In this document: piece after piece, positions 29,815-38,650 of the stretch
Numbering within the stretch: the first letter of the stretch is position 1
How the letters are laid out: each line of letters starts with the position of its first letter
Source: Flavobacteriales bacterium
GTDB lineage: Bacteria; Bacteroidota; Bacteroidia; M30B66
Assembly: GCA_046294625.1 (NCBI GenBank)
Contig: JBKBKN010000001.1
Location: 151,686 to 215,685, forward strand
DNA length: 64,000 bases
Direction: 5' to 3'
Translations under genes and position numbers: made by a program
Notes under the pieces: model-generated
What the model saw: only the letters and a program-made list of their open reading frames with translations
Told to the model about the DNA's origin: nothing
Databases searched by the model: none

Positions 29815-30627
29815 TTAAACAGCTTCTCTGTCAAGACGCTCTATTAACTGCTGAAGATAGGCGGGGGCATGGAGCAATCGGCTTCCATACCATGAAAACA
29901 TCTCACCATCTACTAACAGGATTTTCGCTCCAGGACAAAGCGCTTTAATTTCAGCAATGTGTTTTTCTTTAAACGGATAGGGTTCGGATGATAGCAAAAT
30001 GAGTTCGGGATTAAGACTTGCCAATTCATCGGAAGAAAGGGTTGGATAACGTGAAGGGTGATTTAGCAGCAAATTTTCAAATCCACATCTATGCATGATG
30101 TTATGAATAAAAGTGCGCTCATTCACACTCATCCAGGGATTGCGCCAAATCAGATAAACAGCTGATTTAGTTTTGTGAGGTGGAATAAGTTTTTCGAATA
30201 GCTGACTGATATTTGCAGCAATCCTATCGGCATTCTCCATTGTTTGGCATAATCTACCGACCTGATGAATCATCGTTAATGCATCATCGATGGTATAGAT
30301 ATCACTCACCCAAACGGGAAACTTCTTAGCAAGCTGTTCGATATCTTCCTTTCGGTTTTCTTCTTTGTTGGCAATAATTAAGTCTGGGTTCAGGGTATCA
30401 ATCTTTTCTAAATCAGGATTTTTAGTACCCCCGATTCGGGTTTTGGTACGAAACCAATCATTAGGATGAATGCAAAACTTGGTAATCCCAACTACGCGCT
30501 CATTTAAGCCCAAATCAAAAAGTAATTCGGTTTGAGAAGGCACGAGCGATACAATTCTTTGCACAGGTTGAACCACCAGTACCTCCCACCCACATTGATC
30601 CATGCATATTTCTTGCATTTTTTCCAA
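29815..30627 (-). CDS. Cobalamin/iron-siderophore-type periplasmic binding protein (BtuF-like ABC substrate-binding fold)
   Basis: 'RIVSLVPSQTELLFDLGLNERVVGITKFC' and 'DLIIANKEEN...KKFPVWV', typical of helical-backbone PBPs. No clear signal peptide. Confidence 0.65.
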   Translation of the reverse strand: MEKMQEICMDQCGWEVLVVQPVQRIVSLVPSQTELLFDLGLNERVVGITKFCIHPNDWFRTKTRIGGTKNPDLEKIDTLNPDLIIANKEENRKEDIEQLAKKFPVWVSDIYTIDDALTMIHQVGRLCQTMENADRIAANISQLFEKLIPPHKTKSAVYLIWRNPWMSVNERTFIHNIMHRCGFENLLLNHPSRYPTLSSDELASLNPELILLSSEPYPFKEKHIAEIKALCPGAKILLVDGEMFSWYGSRLLHAPAYLQQLIERLDREAV

Positions 30628-30686
30628 AGGTGATTTTGTATAAGGAAACGATTAGTTGAATTGAAACAAACACGCAAATGATCAAT

Positions 30687-31100
30687 TTATTTGATCAAAA
30701 CAGCATCTTTAACAATCACATCGGTAAGAAATCCAGAGCAGATTCCCTTGACAGTGATGCGATCGCCGATGTTTTTAGCCGAAAGTTTGCTTTGCTCTTT
30801 AACGTTAAACGTGATTTGTACTCCAAACATTGGATTGCCGGCGTCGAGCATAGCTGTGGGTTCACCTCCCTGATTGCTGCCCACATCAACGATGGTGCCA
30901 TTTATTTCCAGTGTTTTATTGAGGTATTTATTGTTCGATTCTGCTTCGTTTTGCTCATATTCGGTAAAAAGCATTTCGGCTGTGATTTTAATCCCGTCTT
31001 CTTTAGCCGGATCACGATGCGGCTTGTTCCATTGCAAATAAAACACAATCGCTCCTATTGCAAGGAGCGCTGCAAAAATCAGAATCAGTTTCTTTTTCAT
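30687..31100 (-). CDS. Small lipoprotein with an OB-fold (tRNA_anti-like / BOF family)
   Basis: Signal 'MKKKLILIFAALLAIGAIVF'. C-terminal OB-fold-like 'LNKTLEINGTIVDVGSNQGGEPTAMLDAGN...ITVKGICSGF'. Confidence 0.5.
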   Translation of the reverse strand: MKKKLILIFAALLAIGAIVFYLQWNKPHRDPAKEDGIKITAEMLFTEYEQNEAESNNKYLNKTLEINGTIVDVGSNQGGEPTAMLDAGNPMFGVQITFNVKEQSKLSAKNIGDRITVKGICSGFLTDVIVKDAVLIK

Positions 31101-31201
31101 TTGATGAGTTGCTTTTGTTGAAGTGCAAAAACAAATGTAAAATAATAATGCGATGCACTTATCGTTTGTAAATAAATTACATTTGCACAAGACTACCCCC
31201 G

Positions 31202-31885
31202 ATGGAAACCAGACATTTGCTGCTGATGATGTTGAGTGTGACCTTAATCGTCATTTCATCATGCAGACACGAACCCCCAATCAACAATAATAATAACAAC
31301 GCCAACGGCGGAATTTGTTTCGAATCACAAATACTCCCGATTTTTCAAAGTTCATGTGCCTATGCAGGCTGTCACGATGCCATTACTTCAGCCGATGGAT
31401 ATAACTTCACCAGCTATGCCAATATTATGGCTTCTGGCAATGCAATTAAACCGAATAACCCCGGCGACAGTAAAGTGATCAGGTATATTACCGAAGATGA
31501 TCCGGATAAGATTATGCCGCCTCCGCCCAATGCGCCCTTGAGTGCGTCTCAAATTAGTCTGATTACCCAATGGATTAATGAAGGAGCCCAAAACACGGTA
31601 AATTGCGCTGCAAGCTGCGATACGAGCACTTTTAAGTTCAACGCAGACATTAAGCCGATTTTGGAGAGTCATTGCACAGGCTGCCACTCTGGCGCTTTGC
31701 CCGATGCGGGGATTAATCTTTCAAACCATTCAGGTGTTTTGCTTGTTGTAAATAGTGGCAGACTTTTTGGTACTATCAATCATCAGGCAGGATTTTCTCC
31801 TATGCCTAAAAATAACCCCAAATTGAGCAATTGCCAGATTACGAAAATCAAAAAGTGGATTGACAATGGAGCGCAAAACGATTAA
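31202..31885 (+). CDS. Lipoprotein with two PSCyt1-like (planctomycete-type cytochrome c) heme-binding modules; the first module has CX4CH instead of CXXCH
   Basis: Lipobox 'VISSC'. Module 1 'ILPIFQSSCAYAGCHDA...MPPPPNAPLSASQISLITQWINEGA'. Module 2 'ILESHCTGCHSGALPDAGINLS...MPKNNPKLSNCQITKIKKWIDNGA'. Confidence 0.6.
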   Translation: METRHLLLMMLSVTLIVISSCRHEPPINNNNNNANGGICFESQILPIFQSSCAYAGCHDAITSADGYNFTSYANIMASGNAIKPNNPGDSKVIRYITEDDPDKIMPPPPNAPLSASQISLITQWINEGAQNTVNCAASCDTSTFKFNADIKPILESHCTGCHSGALPDAGINLSNHSGVLLVVNSGRLFGTINHQAGFSPMPKNNPKLSNCQITKIKKWIDNGAQND

Positions 31886-32276
31886 AATAGGCACTACTTT
31901 TTTTTTCAAAATACTTACAATTTCAGCTTTTGCAGGGTTGGTATTACTTACTTTACCAGGGTGCTATTACGATAAAGAAGAATTGCTTTATCCGGACGGT
32001 CAAAACTGCGACACTACGAATGTGTCTTATTCAACCGTAGTGGCACCAATTTTACAAACCCGATGCACCGGTTGTCATAGTGGTGCTTTTCCATCGGCCG
32101 GAATCAATCTCTCTACACATCAAAATGTAGTGACTTATGCAGAATTAGGCAGTCTGGTAGGCTCTATCAAACACAATCAGGGCTTTTCACCCATGCCTAA
32201 GAGTGCACCCAAGATTCCTCAATGCGAGATTAATCGAATTAGCGCATGGGTGAATCAGGGAATGCCCAACAATTGA
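31866..32276 (+). CDS. Lipoprotein with one PSCyt1-like heme-binding module, paralogous to the upstream gene
   Basis: 'LPGCYY' lipobox. 'ILQTRCTGCHSGAFPSAGINLSTHQNV...MPKSAPKIPQCEINRISAWVNQG'. Confidence 0.6.
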   Translation: MERKTIKIGTTFFFKILTISAFAGLVLLTLPGCYYDKEELLYPDGQNCDTTNVSYSTVVAPILQTRCTGCHSGAFPSAGINLSTHQNVVTYAELGSLVGSIKHNQGFSPMPKSAPKIPQCEINRISAWVNQGMPNN

Positions 32277-32305
32277 AAACAACCAATCTTAAAACCACAG
32301 CAATT

Positions 32306-32863
32306 ATGAAAAAAATTCAATTAAGCCTTGTGATGAGCTTGATGGCAGTATCACTAATGGCACAAACCTACTTTACCAAAACCGGTAAAATCGACTTTTT
32401 TTCCACCACACCTATGGAAAATATAGAAGCGGTGAACAACGAAGTAAGCAGCTTTCTTAATGTGGAAAAAAACGAACTTGTTTTTGCGGTGCTCATCAAG
32501 AGCTTCCGATTTGAGAAAGCACTCATGCAGGAACATTTCAATGAAAACTATATGGAAAGTGACAAATTTCCAAAGGCACAGTTCAAAGGAAATCTTCAGG
32601 ATTTTGATCCAAACAATTACAAAAAAAATGGCGAATATAAAGTGAATGTGAAAGGCGATCTTACCATTCATGGGGTTACCAAGAATGTTACTGTGCCTGG
32701 AACCATTGTGGTTAAAAATGGAAAAATTGCAGCGCTCTCAAAATTTAAGGTGCGTTGCAAAGATTATGATATTAAAATCCCTTCTGTAGTGGCCAATAAA
32801 ATTGCTGAAGAGATTGATGTAAATGTGGATATCAAATACGAACCATACGAAAAGAAAAGCTGA
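32306..32863 (+). CDS. YceI family periplasmic protein (polyisoprenoid-binding fold)
   Basis: Signal 'MKKIQLSLVMSLMAVSLMAQ'. YceI core 'KTGKIDFFSTTPMENIEAVN', 'FKGNLQDFD' and 'GDLTIHGVTKNVTVPG'. Confidence 0.85.
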   Translation: MKKIQLSLVMSLMAVSLMAQTYFTKTGKIDFFSTTPMENIEAVNNEVSSFLNVEKNELVFAVLIKSFRFEKALMQEHFNENYMESDKFPKAQFKGNLQDFDPNNYKKNGEYKVNVKGDLTIHGVTKNVTVPGTIVVKNGKIAALSKFKVRCKDYDIKIPSVVANKIAEEIDVNVDIKYEPYEKKS

Positions 32864-33777
32864 TGAATAAACTTTTAGCCCCGCTGCTTTTTGGCCTTTT
32901 AATTTTCTTATGCCCCAGGGCATTTGCTCAACCCGAAGATGACTTGATGAAGCTTTTGGAAAGCGAGATGTCTTCTGAGCCTACAACTGAATTTACACAG
33001 GCCACTTTCAAAACCACACGACTCATCAATGGCCACACAGTGGAGCAAACTGCCGAAGGTGTTTTGGATTTCAAAATCAATCACCGCTTTGGAACTATCA
33101 ATAGAGGGGCTTATGAACTATGGGGTTTAGACAATGCCACCATGCTTATGGCCTTTGACTATGGGTTGACCAAGAATTTAATGATCGGAGTAGGAAGAGC
33201 CACTTTTGAAAAGACCTATACAGGCTATTTCAAATATCGTTTGATGCATCAATCCAGTGGGGCAAAAAACAATCCTTTGAGTATTAATTGGTACAGTTCC
33301 ATGATGCTTAATTCACTACGTTGGGCAAATCCTGACAGAGAAAATTATTTTTCATCGCGCTTGTATTATGCACATCAACTCATCGTTGGGAGAAAGTTTA
33401 ATGAAGCTTTTTCTTTTCAATTGATGCCTACCGTTGTTCATCATAATCTGGTAGAACGAGTCGAAGATCCTAATGATATCGTGGCTTTAGGTTCAGGTGG
33501 GCGCATTAAACTAAACAAGAGAGTAAGTATCAATGCAGAATATTTTTATCAGATACCAGGGTTTAAACTACCCAACACCACCAATACATTTTCTTTAGGG
33601 TTTGATATTGAAACTGGTGGGCACGTGTTTCAGTTGCATGTGACCAATAGCCGCGGAATGACCGAAAACACTTTCATATCGCGCAATCAAGGTACCTGGG
33701 GCAATGGCGATATATTGTTCGGATTTAATATTTCCAGAGTGTTTACAGTAAAAGATAATCGAAAGATTAAGCGCTGA
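32863..33777 (+). CDS. Putative outer-membrane beta-barrel protein (DUF5777-like)
   Basis: Signal 'MNKLLAPLLFGLLIFLCPRAFAQ'. Alternating amphipathic strands. 'TTRLINGHTVE...LDFKINHRFG' resembles DUF5777; this is from memory. Confidence 0.5.
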   Translation: MNKLLAPLLFGLLIFLCPRAFAQPEDDLMKLLESEMSSEPTTEFTQATFKTTRLINGHTVEQTAEGVLDFKINHRFGTINRGAYELWGLDNATMLMAFDYGLTKNLMIGVGRATFEKTYTGYFKYRLMHQSSGAKNNPLSINWYSSMMLNSLRWANPDRENYFSSRLYYAHQLIVGRKFNEAFSFQLMPTVVHHNLVERVEDPNDIVALGSGGRIKLNKRVSINAEYFYQIPGFKLPNTTNTFSLGFDIETGGHVFQLHVTNSRGMTENTFISRNQGTWGNGDILFGFNISRVFTVKDNRKIKR

Positions 33778-33819
33778 TTGATTAAGTTTGGCAAAAATTA
33801 AAGGCCCTTCAGCAGCCCA

Positions 33820-34827
33820 ATGCCAAAATTTCTTTTTGTCAGACTTAGTTCTATAGGTGATATCGTGCTCACTTCGCCGGTGGTGCGCTGCACCAAATTG
33901 CAGGTGCCCGAAGCTGACATTCATTTTATTACCAAAGCTGCATTCCGAAATGTGGTTGAAAACAACCCATACATTAGCAAGGTCTTGATTTGGGAAGAAG
34001 TGGAAAAGGACGGCTTTTGCGGATTGCGAAAAGAAAAATATAATGCAGTTATTGACCTGCATAATAATTTGCGCAGTTTTCGGTTGAAGGTAAATTTATT
34101 CGGCATTCGGTCTTATTCCTTTCCTAAGCTGAACTTTCGAAAATATCTGATGGTTCGGTTTAAAATAAACATGCTACCCGATGAGCATATCGTAGATAGA
34201 TATTTCGATGCTGTCAAAAAATTGGGTGTGGAGAATGATGGTTCTGGACTTGATTATTTCATCGGACAGGAAGGGACTAAGTCTTTTACAAATTTTGCTG
34301 CATTAAACCAATTGCCAAATCAGTTTGTGGCACTATGCATCGGCGCTCAGCATGCTACCAAGCGAATGCCCAATGCGCGATTGGCTGAATTAATCAACTT
34401 ACTTGACCTGCCGGTTATATTACTTGGTGGAAGCGCAGACCGAGAGCAAGCAAATGAGATTAAAGCTTTGGTAGGGTCAAACCGGGTTTTTGATGCATGT
34501 GGAGCACTTAGCCTTGATGGTTCAGCGACTGCACTTCAACTCGCTGCCATAGTTATCACTCACGATACCGGCTTGATGCATATAGCCGCCGCTTTAGGTA
34601 AACCGATTATCAGCATTTGGGGAAATACGGTGCCCCAATTTGGGATGTATCCCTATAGAAAAAATGAGTCGCAGGTTTCCATCATGGCAGAGGTAAAAGG
34701 ATTGTCCTGCAGGCCATGCTCCAAAATTGGTTTTAAATCTTGTCCAAAAGGACATTTCAACTGCATGATTCAGCAAGATTTGAAATGGATTGCCCAACAG
34801 GCCAATAAAATTACTTCAACTATTTAG
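33820..34827 (+). CDS. ADP-heptose:LPS heptosyltransferase (glycosyltransferase family 9)
   Basis: GT9 N-terminus 'FLFVRLSSIGDIVLTSPVVRC'. 'VALCIGAQHATKRMP' and 'HDTGLMHIAAALGKPIISIWG'. Confidence 0.85.
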   Translation: MPKFLFVRLSSIGDIVLTSPVVRCTKLQVPEADIHFITKAAFRNVVENNPYISKVLIWEEVEKDGFCGLRKEKYNAVIDLHNNLRSFRLKVNLFGIRSYSFPKLNFRKYLMVRFKINMLPDEHIVDRYFDAVKKLGVENDGSGLDYFIGQEGTKSFTNFAALNQLPNQFVALCIGAQHATKRMPNARLAELINLLDLPVILLGGSADREQANEIKALVGSNRVFDACGALSLDGSATALQLAAIVITHDTGLMHIAAALGKPIISIWGNTVPQFGMYPYRKNESQVSIMAEVKGLSCRPCSKIGFKSCPKGHFNCMIQQDLKWIAQQANKITSTI

Positions 34828-35659
34828 TTGCTTTCTTTTTCTCTATAGCTCGACTGATGGTGATGCTAATTTCGTAGAGCAAGAAAAGGGGCAATGCCAC
34901 GATGACCTGACTGGTGACATCAGGTGGGGTGATGATAGCTGAAAGCACCAAAATACCTACATAGGATGCTTTGCGATACACTTTCAGGATTCTTGATGTG
35001 ATGAGTCCAATGCGAGATAAGAAATAAACCACAATGGGCAATTGAAAAACCACTCCGGTAGCAAAAGTGGTAGTAACCACGGTGGTCATAAAGGATGATA
35101 TACTGATTTGATTATCGATCATTTCGCTCACACGATAGTTTCCGAGAAAATTTACTGATAGTGGAGCAATCACAAAATAACCGAAGCCGATACCAAGCAC
35201 AAAAAGAAAACTGCTATAAAATACCATTCCATTGGCGTGTTTGCGTTCGTGAGCATATAACCCGGGCTTTATAAAGCGCCAAACTTCCCAAAGCACATAG
35301 GGAAACGCCAGCACAAGACCTGCAAAAAAGGATACCATGATATGTGTGGTAAACTGCCCGGCCATGGTGATATTAATCAGGTTGAACTTCATTTCACCAA
35401 TGCAAATGCTGTCATTGTTAAATAACCATTCACTTATGAAACAAAAGAAACGGTAGGTCGGAAAGTCAGCATTTTTTGGCCCAAGGATAATGCGGTCAAA
35501 CAAAATATTCTTGTATATAAATGCCAAAATCATAAACACCAGAATCACTGTAACGGAGCGTATCAGATGCCAGCGAAGGGCTTCTAAATGATCCAGGAAG
35601 GACATTTCACTTTCTTCACGAATATCGTCGGGCTGATCCAGTGGCATAATCTTGCGCAA
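34820..35659 (-). CDS. tatC: Twin-arginine translocase subunit TatC
   Basis: 'FLDHLEALRWHLIRS', six TM segments, and 'PPDVTSQVIVALPLFLLYEISI'. Confidence 0.9.
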   Translation of the reverse strand: MRKIMPLDQPDDIREESEMSFLDHLEALRWHLIRSVTVILVFMILAFIYKNILFDRIILGPKNADFPTYRFFCFISEWLFNNDSICIGEMKFNLINITMAGQFTTHIMVSFFAGLVLAFPYVLWEVWRFIKPGLYAHERKHANGMVFYSSFLFVLGIGFGYFVIAPLSVNFLGNYRVSEMIDNQISISSFMTTVVTTTFATGVVFQLPIVVYFLSRIGLITSRILKVYRKASYVGILVLSAIITPPDVTSQVIVALPLFLLYEISITISRAIEKKKATK

Positions 35660-35729
35660 AGATAATATTCGAAAGCAGAAAGTTTACATCAATAAAATGA
35701 TAGTGGGAAATGGTTGTTCACAATATTGC

Positions 35730-36064
35730 TTATCTATTCAACAGCTCGTCGACGTCTGCTTGTAAGTTTCCTAATTCCTTAATTACAATTGCCCAAATAA
35801 TGTCATCAGAAACAATGTCATAGCCATGAATGATTCTGTTTCTCGTATCAATTATTTTTCGTGCATTCGTTAAGGGAAATTGAGGATTTACTTTAATAAT
35901 TCGATTAACTGCTTCACCGATAATTTCAATATTTCTTTCTATGGCTCTTTTGGTTTTCAGATCATGTTGAAAGGCCTAGAAGTATTTTTATCCGGAAGGA
36001 ATATGTCTATTTCTATGATCGCTTGTTTTATGTCAGCAAGACAAGTCTTTATTTCAACCTCCAT
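35730..36064 (-). pseudogene. HepT-like HEPN (DUF86) toxin gene disrupted by a 1-nt frameshift. The N-terminal 33 codons end at an in-frame TGA (35957-35959); the conserved C-terminal part continues in the -1 frame.
   Basis: Manual translation of the minus strand. ATG at 36064 overlaps the stop of the upstream nucleotidyltransferase gene (ATGGAGGTTGA). Frame A reads 'MEVEIKTCLADIKQAIIEIDIFLPDKNTSRPFNMI*'. The shifted frame reads 'FQHDLKTKRAIERNIEIIGEAVNRI...IIDTRNRIIHGYDIVSDDIIWAIV...*' and carries the DUF86 signatures 'ERNxEIIGEA' and 'R-x4-HGY'. No six-frame ORF of 60 aa or more covers this. Confidence 0.6.
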
Positions 36065-36356
36065 AGATAAAGACTTTAGTTTTTTCAATCTGTTCTTTCA
36101 AGAATGGGTTTCGAATTGCCTTAAGTTCCAGTAGATCAATCTTTCGACCCAGAAGTAGCACCAACTGAAACTTAAAATTAAAATAGCTGTCAGAATAGGT
36201 AAATGGATCTTTTTCTTCAATGTCAACCACAAGGTCTATGTCACTTTCATGTTTGAGTTTGTCAGTCTTCACATAGCCAAAGGCACATAGAGATTTAACC
36301 TTGTATAGTGAACAAAGCATTTTAATTTGCTCTATTTGCTTAGAAAGCTCTTTCAT
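36054..36356 (-). CDS. MntA-like minimal nucleotidyltransferase (antitoxin partner of HepT)
   Basis: 'LCAFGYVKTDKLKHESDIDLVVDI' fits the G[SY]x9-13DxD nucleotidyltransferase motif. About 100 aa from the internal Met 'MKELSKQIEQIK'. Its stop overlaps the HEPN start. Confidence 0.7.
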   Translation of the reverse strand: MKELSKQIEQIKMLCSLYKVKSLCAFGYVKTDKLKHESDIDLVVDIEEKDPFTYSDSYFNFKFQLVLLLGRKIDLLELKAIRNPFLKEQIEKTKVFIYGG

Positions 36357-36441
36357 ACATGCAAATATAGCAAAATGTATTACTTTAATTTTTCCAAAAT
36401 TTGGGCGCTCCTGAGTATGAAAGAATTCAATAATCAATATA

Positions 36442-37137
36442 TCAAAGCATTCTCAAACTCGACATACCGCCATCAGCATGTAGCACTTGACCGGTAATCC
36501 ATGATGCGTTGTCGCTGAGTAAAAATGCGGCTAAAGCTGCAATATCGTTAGCTTCACCAAATCGTCCTATAGGGTGTCGTTTGGCAGCAGCTGCTTGTTT
36601 TTCTTCACTTGCAAGGAGTTTTTCAGCCAATGATGTATTGGTCAGCGAAGGAGCGATGCAATTAAATCGGATGTTATTGGCAGCATATTCTGCAGCAAGC
36701 GAGCGCGTGAGGCCTTCCACAGCTCCTTTGGCAGCTGCGATAGATGCATGAAAGGGCATGCCGGTTTGCACAGCAACAGTACTAAAGGTCACAACAGATG
36801 AGCCATTAGCAGCTTTTAATCCCGGTAGAGCAGCCAATATCACTTTGATGGCACCCATCAAATTGATATTGATTTCCTGCTGAAATTGTTCTGCTTTGAT
36901 TCGGTGAAAGGGCATCAGGTTGATACTTCCCGGACAGTAAGCCAAGCCATGAATTAATTCCGGCAGCGATGAGACTTCATCATTCAATGCATCGAAGCTT
37001 TGATGCGTAATATTATTGATTCCTGAGATTTCATCCGCACTACGCGACAACACCCAAACCTTATTTTGCTCTGCAAGTTTCATAGCCAAGGCTTTGCCTA
37101 TTCCTTTGCTTCCACCAACAATTACATAGTGTTTCAT
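36442..37137 (-). CDS. Short-chain dehydrogenase/reductase (SDR), candidate sepiapterin/pteridine reductase by context
   Basis: 'MKHYVIVGGSKGIGKALA' Rossmann segment. Lies in the same orientation as folE and the PTPS gene. Confidence 0.8.
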   Translation of the reverse strand: MKHYVIVGGSKGIGKALAMKLAEQNKVWVLSRSADEISGINNITHQSFDALNDEVSSLPELIHGLAYCPGSINLMPFHRIKAEQFQQEININLMGAIKVILAALPGLKAANGSSVVTFSTVAVQTGMPFHASIAAAKGAVEGLTRSLAAEYAANNIRFNCIAPSLTNTSLAEKLLASEEKQAAAAKRHPIGRFGEANDIAALAAFLLSDNASWITGQVLHADGGMSSLRML

Positions 37138-37150
37138 ATTTCTTTACCTG

Positions 37151-37837
37151 TTAGCCGATATATTTCAGAAACTCTTGTCTCGTGCTTTCTTCGTTGAATT
37201 TACCATGATAACTCGATGTCACCGTCGCACTGGTAATATCCTGAATGCCGCGCGATGACACACATAAATGAGAAGCTTCTATGAGTACAGCCACATCTTC
37301 TGTTTTAAGAATTTTCTTCAACTCATTAGCAATTTGCACAGTCAGGCGTTCTTGCACTTGTGGTCGCTTGGCATAATATTGCACGATGCGGTTAATTTTT
37401 GACAAGCCAATTACGTAACCATTAGAAATATATGCCACGTGTGCTTTGCCAATGATAGGCACAAAATGGTGTTCGCAGTTTGAATAAAATGTGATGTCCT
37501 TTTCCACCAGCATTTCTTTGTATTTATACTTGTTTTCAAAGAGCGCCACGCTAGGCTTGTTTACCGGATTGAGTCCAGAAAAGATTTCTTCAACATACAT
37601 TTTTGCAACGCGTTTTGGGGTGCCGCGCAGGCTGTCGTCATTTAAGTCTAAACCCAAGGTGAGCATGATTTCACGAAAATTACGCTCAATAATTTTCATT
37701 TTTTCCTTGTCCGAAAGCGCAAATGCATCAGGGCGCAAGGGAGTGTCAAGAGACGTTCCAATATGCTCATCGCCAATCAATTCATCAAGATTGATATCAT
37801 TGTCCGTTGAATTCAACAAAGTTCCGTTCAGTTTCAT
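37151..37837 (-). CDS. folE: GTP cyclohydrolase I
   Basis: Signature 'FYSNCEHHFVPIIGKAHVAYI' and 'VLIEASHLCVSSRGI'. Confidence 0.95.
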   Translation of the reverse strand: MKLNGTLLNSTDNDINLDELIGDEHIGTSLDTPLRPDAFALSDKEKMKIIERNFREIMLTLGLDLNDDSLRGTPKRVAKMYVEEIFSGLNPVNKPSVALFENKYKYKEMLVEKDITFYSNCEHHFVPIIGKAHVAYISNGYVIGLSKINRIVQYYAKRPQVQERLTVQIANELKKILKTEDVAVLIEASHLCVSSRGIQDITSATVTSSYHGKFNEESTRQEFLKYIG

Positions 37838-38207
37838 AAAGTATGATTGTTAGTTCAAGATTATCTGGTAAATGTTTTTTTAATTTCTGCCAGCAAACAG
37901 CAGCAATATTTTCGGCAGTAGGATTCAATTCGCTGAATTCATCAGTATCTAGGTTTAGATTTTTGTGATCAAATCTGCCGGTGATTTCGGTTTTGATTAA
38001 TTGTTTCAGAATTTTTGCATCAATCACATAGCCGGTTTCCGGATCGATGGGGCCGGTAACTTTCACTACCAGATCATAATTGTGTCCATGATAATTGGGA
38101 TTATTGCAGAGCCCAAAAATCTCTTGGTTCTTTTCATCGCTCCATTTGGGATTATGCAGTCGGTGTGCTGCATTGAAGTGCTCTTTTCTGTAAACGCTTG
38201 CTTTCAC
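37797..38207 (-). CDS. 6-pyruvoyl-tetrahydropterin synthase family protein (PTPS / QueD-like)
   Basis: 'HFNAAHRL' and the zinc/catalytic motif 'CNNPNYHGHNY' (CxxxHGH). 136 aa. Overlaps the annotated folE start by 41 nt. Confidence 0.85.
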   Translation of the reverse strand: MKASVYRKEHFNAAHRLHNPKWSDEKNQEIFGLCNNPNYHGHNYDLVVKVTGPIDPETGYVIDAKILKQLIKTEITGRFDHKNLNLDTDEFSELNPTAENIAAVCWQKLKKHLPDNLELTIILYETERNFVEFNGQ

Positions 38208-38440
38208 TTAGTTTGATTTATTGTCAAAGTCCTGAATATAACTTCGAATCAGAGTTTTTGTTTATGATTTTATGAATTTGGTTAAACAAAACAAGGCTAT
38301 CTCTTCCAATGGTCTAATAATCAAGCCAAAAGAAGGTCGTGGAAAGCCCCTGAACAAATTTAATTGCATCATTTTTTTTGTAAATGTTAATAGTCTGGTA
38401 TTGCGCATTATGTTTGCATAAAATCTTAATTTATTAAACC

Positions 38441-38650
38441 ATGAAAAAACTACTTTTTACTTCCCTGATCATTTCAGGTTTGGCCATCACATCATGTCAA
38501 AAGGCACGTATATGTGAATGTAAAGTGGCGGGACAAACATTCAGCGCAGAACTTGAAAAAGCCAGTAAAAGTGATCAGGAAACATCTTGCACAGCTATTG
38601 AAAATACATATAAGATTGCTGATCCTACCGCAAGCTGTGAGCTTAAGTAA
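38441..38650 (+). CDS. Small cysteine-rich lipoprotein (69 aa), hypothetical
   Basis: 'MKKLLFTSLIISGLAITSC' lipobox followed by a further four Cys residues. Confidence 0.35.
   Translation: MKKLLFTSLIISGLAITSCQKARICECKVAGQTFSAELEKASKSDQETSCTAIENTYKIADPTASCELK

Noticed and set aside
38208-38440. 233-bp leader upstream of the PTPS-folE-SDR operon considered for a THF or preQ1 riboswitch.
   Set aside because: I could not recognise the conserved pseudoknot or loop sequences of either class by eye. This needs a covariance-model scan (Rfam THF, preQ1-I/II/III).
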